From Planctomycetota bacterium (GTDB taxonomy: Bacteria > Planctomycetota > SZUA-567 > H5-PLA8), in the NCBI GenBank assembly GCA_038227875.1, contig JBBRPR010000005.1:128001-192000 (forward strand): a stretch of 64,000 nt of DNA, given 5' to 3'. The notes under the pieces are model-generated. The model searched no databases and was not told the origin of the DNA. It worked only from the letters and a program-made list of their open reading frames with translations. This document shows, piece after piece, positions 59,281 to 64,000 of the stretch (position 1 is the first letter of the stretch; each line of letters starts with the position of its first letter). The position numbers were made by a program, and so were the translations under genes.

Positions 59281-59308
59281 ACGATAGGGATAGGGGCGCA
59301 GAAGTCAA
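59281..59308 (-). promoter_or_regulatory. Candidate sigma70 promoter of the S8 peptidase gene
   Basis: TTGACT-N16-TATCGT on the minus strand. Confidence 0.45.
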
Positions 59309-59384
59309 GCGACCCGGGTTGAAGCGTTTCCGTAACCTTTGTGTTTGATAACCGTTAAAGGCTTACGAGGGTATCGGGTGAAAT

Positions 59385-59417
59385 AAAAAAAGCCGGGAAC
59401 CTTGCGGTTCCCGGCTT
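59385..59417 (-). terminator. Strong Rho-independent terminator
   Basis: AAGCCGGGAACC-GCAA-GGTTCCCGGCTT followed by a U-tract on the minus strand; GNRA loop. Confidence 0.9.
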
Positions 59418-59525
59418 CTCTAAACGGCGTTGTCCGAACCTGTGGGGGGGAGAAAGTCCGTACGTCCGCCGTCTTCGAGACTTTTATCTGCGCTCTTTTT
59501 CGGGCCACTTGTCTTTCGTATTGAT
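59385..59525 (-). ncRNA. Putative ~140-nt small RNA with C-rich loop
   Basis: Bounded by a near-consensus promoter and a terminator; no convincing ORF; hairpin GACGGCG...CGCCGUU with UCUCCCCCCCAC loop. Confidence 0.6.
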
Positions 59526-59532
59526 GGTTAAA

Positions 59533-59561
59533 CTTATACCACGCCTTTATTTGCGCGTCAA
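59533..59561 (-). promoter_or_regulatory. Sigma70 promoter with extended -10
   Basis: TTGACG-N17-TATAAG with TGn before the -10; AT-rich upstream. Confidence 0.75.
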
Positions 59562-59705
59562 TCCGAAAACACGAATATTTCGCTAAATTATAACTAAATA
59601 ACAGTTCAGTAGTTATATTCGTTTGGAGCACGATTTCGAGAAATAATTTCTGATCTTCTTGAGAACTTTCTCTCCAAAAATCAATTGTTACATGCGCAGC
59701 GGCGA

Positions 59706-59739
59706 GCAGACCTTTGTGCCCAAAGGCACAAAGGTCTGC
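59706..59739. other. Perfect 15-bp hairpin upstream of glnD
   Basis: GCAGACCTTTGTGCC-CAAA-GGCACAAAGGTCTGC. Confidence 0.7.
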
Positions 59740-59879
59740 CTGAGGCTCAGGACTGCTCTCCGCACGGCTCCACGATTGTTTTCAGCGCTTCCGATTATTT
59801 GCCATTTCGTCACTCGACTTTCACTCTGAATCCTTCGACATTCGCTGCTCGAGTTACCAGCCAGGAGCGCCGTGCGACT

Positions 59880-62690
59880 TTGCCAGACTCTGTGAATTCC
59901 ACTCTCTCGCCTGTCGAAGCACTCAACGAGTTCAGCGCGGAGATCAGCACCGCCATCGCGGCCGCCGGCGGTGGTCAGCTGGGCATGCCGTTTTGCAACA
60001 CGCTCAAGACCATCTTCGCCAAGGCGCGCGTGAAGGCCGCGCTGATCAATCGCGCAGTCGGCGGGCGGGCGTCGGGAGAGTTCCTGTCGGAATTCACCGA
60101 CCGCGTCCTGACGCTGATCCTCGCCGCCGCCGCCAGGCGCGCGCAGATTCCGCCCGATGCGTCGGGCCTGGCGCTGCTGGCGATGGGCAGTTACGGGCGC
60201 CGCGAACTGGCGCCGTTCTCCGACATCGATCTCTTGATTCTCCACCGCCCGGAGATGCCCTCCGAGAAGCTCGAGCCGTTTGCCGGCGATCTGCTCCGGC
60301 CGCTGTGGGATTCGGGCCTGAGCATCGGGCACGCCGTCCGCACGCCCGACGAATGTCTGCGCGTGATGGAAGATTCCGCCAGCGGCGCGAATGCCGTGGA
60401 GACCGCGACGTCCGTGCTGGAAGCGCGCTTCGTCGCCGGCGACCGCGAGTTCGGCGATGGGTTTACGCATCAGGATATTCCGGCGTTCTTCAAGCGGCGC
60501 GGTCGGGCGTTTGTCGACGCGAAATTTGAAGAGACGATCAACCGCTGGAAGGACGTCCCCGTTTACCGCACGCAGCCGAATTTGAAGGAGAGCCCCGGCG
60601 CGCTGCGCGACTTTCAGCTCGCCTTGTGGATCGACCGGGCCAGCCAGCTTTCCGGACATCTTCCGCGGCTCGACAACCGGCCGCTGGTCTCCGCGGCGGC
60701 GATCGACGAGGCTCGCGCCGGCTACGAAAAGCTGCTGACGTTCCGCGTCTCCCTCCATTCGATCTGCGGGCGCAAGCAGGACGTGCTCGATTACCAGATG
60801 CAGCAGTCCGTCGCCGAGGACCTTGCTTACGAGGGCGCCGAAGAGTTGCGATCCTCCGAGCGCTTGTTGCGCGACTACTTCAAAGCCGCGACGGCCGTCC
60901 ACCGGCTGGCGCAGACGGTGACGCGCCGTTACCTGGAAGAACGCGCCGTGGCCACACGCGACATCGAACGCCTGCGCCGCCGGCCGATCGACGCCGACTT
61001 CACGCGCGTCGGCAGCTATCTTTACAGCTCGCACGCGGATGTCTTCGCCGGCCCCGGCTGGATCGAAGCGGCAATGCGCGCGTTTCTCCACGTCGCCCGC
61101 AACAATCTCTCGCTCAGCCAGGACGTGCAGGAACAGATCCGCTCGCGGCTGGGTTCGATGACCGACGAGATCCGCTCGTCGCCGCCGGCCGCGCAGCATT
61201 TCATGAACCTGTTGCGGATGCGCGTCTTCGTCGGCCGGACCTTGCGGGCGATGCGCGACACGGGCCTGCTCGCCGCGTACATGCCGGAGTTCGGCGAGAT
61301 CGAAGGCCTGGTGCTCCACGACACGTACCACGATTTCTCCGTCGACGAACACACCATCTGCGTCGTCGAAGCGGCCGATCGGCTCTATCAATCGGTGGAA
61401 CCTGGCGATCAGTTCCGCCGCCGCATTCTTGAAACGCTGGCCCGGCCGCACGTGCTGCGGCTGGCGTGCTTGTTTCACGATCTGGGAAAATCGCGCGGCA
61501 ACGCGGGGCACAGCGAACGCGGCGCGCTGATGGTGCCGCGCATCGGCGAACGGCTCGGCTTGAGCGCCGCGACAATTCGCACGCTCATTTTTCTCGTGCA
61601 GGATCACCTGACGCTTTCGAAGGTCAGCCAGCGCCGCGACCCCGGCGAAGGCGGACTGCTGACCGAACTGGCGAAGAAGATCGAAACGCAGGACCATCTC
61701 GATCTGCTCTTTCTGCTGACGTACTGCGATTCGATTTCCGTCGGCCATGCCTCGTACCCGCACTGGAAGGACGCGCTGCTTTCGGAATTGTACATCGGTG
61801 TGTCGCAGCGCTTGTCCAACAGCGCTGCAAACCCGCTGCCGCTTCCACCTCCTGCACCGGTTGCGGAAACCGCGGAGAACACCACGCCTCCGGCCATCGC
61901 CGACGATCCCGGCGCGCTCGAAGCGAAACTTTTGAAGTGGGCACAGGACGAAGCGACGCGCACGCTGGTGCTCGAACACTGCCACCGCGTGCCGCAGCGA
62001 TACTTGGTGGAAGTCTCGTTCGAAGACGCGGTGTTCCCTCTCGAGACGCTGATGCGCATGCGGGCCGGCAACATGGAGGCCGCCGCCGCCGTGCGCGGGA
62101 CGGGCGAACTGGTCGACATGTGGGTCGTCTCCACCGACCGGCCGAAGCGATTTTCGCAGATCTGCGGCGCGTTCCTGGGCGCCGGCGTGAGCGTCATTTC
62201 CGCTCTGGCGTACACGCGCGATGACGGCGTGATCTTCGATCATTTCCGCGTCGCGCCGGGTTTGGAAGCGCCGTCGAGCCGCAGCGATTTCTGGGGGCGC
62301 GTCGAGCGCTCGGTGGAAGACACACTGCAGGGCAAGGGCGATTTCCTGGCGAAGATCGACGCCGCCCGCCGGCGCATTCCCCGCGCCGCGACAATCACGC
62401 GCCGCGTCGAACCGGAGATCCGCGTCGACAACAAGCTCTCTGAGCGCTTCACGGTCGTGGACGTGATCTGCGGCGATCGCATCGGGCTGCTCTACGGCCT
62501 GAGCCGCGCGCTGGCGGACCTGGGTTGCAGCATCCACTTCGCCAAAATCGCGACGACGCAAGGCCTGGTGACGGACGTGTTTTACATCACCGAGGCCAAC
62601 GGCACACAAGTCACCGACCCCGAGAAGATGCTGAACATCAAGCGGCTGCTGAAGGCCGTCGCGGCGGATTTTCAGGAAGCGCGGCGGTAA
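59880..62690 (+). CDS. glnD: Bifunctional [protein-PII] uridylyltransferase/uridylyl-removing enzyme
   Basis: GSYGRREL.PFSDIDL nucleotidyltransferase; NLKESPGALRD; VDEHT...FHDLGK HD domain; two ACT domains (DRPKRFS, DRIGLLY); start uncertain (59880 or 59892). Confidence 0.93.
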   Translation: MPDSVNSTLSPVEALNEFSAEISTAIAAAGGGQLGMPFCNTLKTIFAKARVKAALINRAVGGRASGEFLSEFTDRVLTLILAAAARRAQIPPDASGLALLAMGSYGRRELAPFSDIDLLILHRPEMPSEKLEPFAGDLLRPLWDSGLSIGHAVRTPDECLRVMEDSASGANAVETATSVLEARFVAGDREFGDGFTHQDIPAFFKRRGRAFVDAKFEETINRWKDVPVYRTQPNLKESPGALRDFQLALWIDRASQLSGHLPRLDNRPLVSAAAIDEARAGYEKLLTFRVSLHSICGRKQDVLDYQMQQSVAEDLAYEGAEELRSSERLLRDYFKAATAVHRLAQTVTRRYLEERAVATRDIERLRRRPIDADFTRVGSYLYSSHADVFAGPGWIEAAMRAFLHVARNNLSLSQDVQEQIRSRLGSMTDEIRSSPPAAQHFMNLLRMRVFVGRTLRAMRDTGLLAAYMPEFGEIEGLVLHDTYHDFSVDEHTICVVEAADRLYQSVEPGDQFRRRILETLARPHVLRLACLFHDLGKSRGNAGHSERGALMVPRIGERLGLSAATIRTLIFLVQDHLTLSKVSQRRDPGEGGLLTELAKKIETQDHLDLLFLLTYCDSISVGHASYPHWKDALLSELYIGVSQRLSNSAANPLPLPPPAPVAETAENTTPPAIADDPGALEAKLLKWAQDEATRTLVLEHCHRVPQRYLVEVSFEDAVFPLETLMRMRAGNMEAAAAVRGTGELVDMWVVSTDRPKRFSQICGAFLGAGVSVISALAYTRDDGVIFDHFRVAPGLEAPSSRSDFWGRVERSVEDTLQGKGDFLAKIDAARRRIPRAATITRRVEPEIRVDNKLSERFTVVDVICGDRIGLLYGLSRALADLGCSIHFAKIATTQGLVTDVFYITEANGTQVTDPEKMLNIKRLLKAVAADFQEARR

Positions 62691-63084
62691 GGGCATTGCG
62701 GATTGCGGATTGGGTGGGCATGGGGTGCTCCCGGTCGGGAATCGGTCTCCGTACGCGATGTTACGAAATGTTACATAATATTACGTGGATTGGGCCTCCT
62801 TATTAGGTGCACCTAGGGCCAGCGAGCCGTGCTCGATCGTTAAATTTCGCTCCGGCTATAAGCGGTCGGTCGGGGGCGTCATGCGTTTGCCAGTCCGGCA
62901 TTGTTGTGCGGTCTCGATTGCGAGTTCTGGCCCTATTCGGCTAAAAGTGGTCGGTACTGTAACTAATGCCCACGCCCTGAGGGTGTTCAATTGGGGATTC
63001 TTTCTCGGACGAATGAGCTCGTGGCACGAAGTTGTTGTCGGGTAGCACGCGGGAGGAAGGTAGGACCGGAGAAGCGTAGGACTG

Positions 63085-63744
63085 TTACGATGGCAGCGCG
63101 ACGGGCATCGCCATCTGTTCACGCAACCGCTCAACCCATTGCGCCGGCCCGTTCGAATGACGCAGCGACCACTTGCGCTCACTGCGGATGTACTTGTAGG
63201 TGTCCTCGATTGGCCACTCATGGAGTACGGACTGATCGTTCCGGAAGATCAGCGTGCCGGTAACACGCATCTCCAGGATTCCGTCGTCGTCCATGCCGGT
63301 AAACTCGTACTTGAGCATCTCGCCATCGAACACGTAAAACTGGTCGTCTTCCACACACGTATCGTAAATCGGAATCGTCAGTGTGGGACGACCTCCCTGC
63401 GTCAGCGTCAGCACGCCGTTTCCATGCGTGGTCACCTCAATGTTCGCGCGCACAACTTCGTCGTCGGAAATCCTGACGACCTGTTCGCCCTCGTACCTGA
63501 CGACGGACTCGGGATTGAAGGTCAGGTCCTCCAGCGATAATCCCTTTACCAGGAGAGGTCTTGAATACGAATATAAGGCGATTGGCGATTCCCGAGTTCG
63601 CGCTGGCGCAGAGCGAGGCTGATCGATCTTGAGAATTACTCTTGAAGAAAAGTATCCACGCGTTGCAGCGAACAACCCAACTGCGAAAAGCGCCAGTCCA
63701 CTGAATATGAGGATCAAGGAGCGTTGCCGCATTCGATCGATCAC
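63085..63744 (-). CDS. Hypothetical membrane-anchored protein
   Basis: N-terminal TM; beta-rich body with a DDDGILE loop. Confidence 0.6.
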   Translation of the reverse strand: MIDRMRQRSLILIFSGLALFAVGLFAATRGYFSSRVILKIDQPRSAPARTRESPIALYSYSRPLLVKGLSLEDLTFNPESVVRYEGEQVVRISDDEVVRANIEVTTHGNGVLTLTQGGRPTLTIPIYDTCVEDDQFYVFDGEMLKYEFTGMDDDGILEMRVTGTLIFRNDQSVLHEWPIEDTYKYIRSERKWSLRHSNGPAQWVERLREQMAMPVALPS

Positions 63745-64000
63745 CTTAAACGGGATTTACTTGCCACTCGGTGTATCGGCAATCCGCGGCGCGTTCTGGA
63801 TCATGCGAGTTCAACGGTCCCGAGCAACTGTCGGAAAGCCGGCTGAAGACCGGCTAACCTTCCTTGCGCTATACACTACGGCCCATGGCACTCGACTTTC
63901 GGTGTTAAAAGTCGGTTAAACTACCCAGGCAACTCATCTGTGCTCAGTTCCCGGCAATCGCATCATTCTTCAACAACCTGCTCCACAACTTCCCAATCTT

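Noticed and set aside
59311..59380. Imperfect hairpin CGTAACCTTT...AAAGGCTTACG as a riboswitch for the protease
   Set aside because: No recognisable aptamer, and it lies upstream of the candidate protease promoter
59305..59631. 108-aa minus-strand ORF across the sRNA candidate
   Set aside because: Runs through a promoter and a strong terminator, AT-rich non-coding composition, no clear RBS
59688..62696. 1002-aa minus-strand ORF, and similar long antisense ORFs such as 629..2308, 3384..4889, 20359..22566 and 41036..43300
   Set aside because: Shadow frames opposite well-supported genes in high-GC DNA; no recognisable motifs
63963..64000. Possible 3' end of a minus-strand gene (...DWEVVEQVVEE*)
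   Set aside because: Too short to support at the window edge

Overview
GC-rich bacterial chromosomal window with about 40 protein-coding genes. I found no rRNA, tRNA, CRISPR array or transposase. The gene mix suggests a diderm, probably a Planctomycetota-like organism (inference): WaaA, GlnD, an ECF sigma factor fused to a TM helix and beta-propeller, several PhyH dioxygenases and AraC regulators, and large secreted glycan-active proteins. Highlights: (1) a ~1727-aa radical SAM + GT2 + GT4 + GT41 + SEC-C fusion behind a sigma54-type promoter; (2) an unannotated ~140-nt sRNA candidate with a near-consensus sigma70 promoter, a C-rich loop and its own terminator; (3) ~130-155-bp elements whose inverted arms are built from 7-nt repeats, plus many period-7 arrays at gene boundaries; (4) an amidohydrolase-fold protein with dinuclear-oxygenase-type ligands next to a Rieske ferredoxin; (5) a coupled P-loop kinase + Thg1-like pair; (6) a YoaK-STAS fusion, a 'GWP' membrane-protein family and a subtilase with Glu at the catalytic Asp position. 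All family calls are by-eye motif recognition; no database search or folding program was run. Several start codons were moved from the ORF track on the basis of RBS position.
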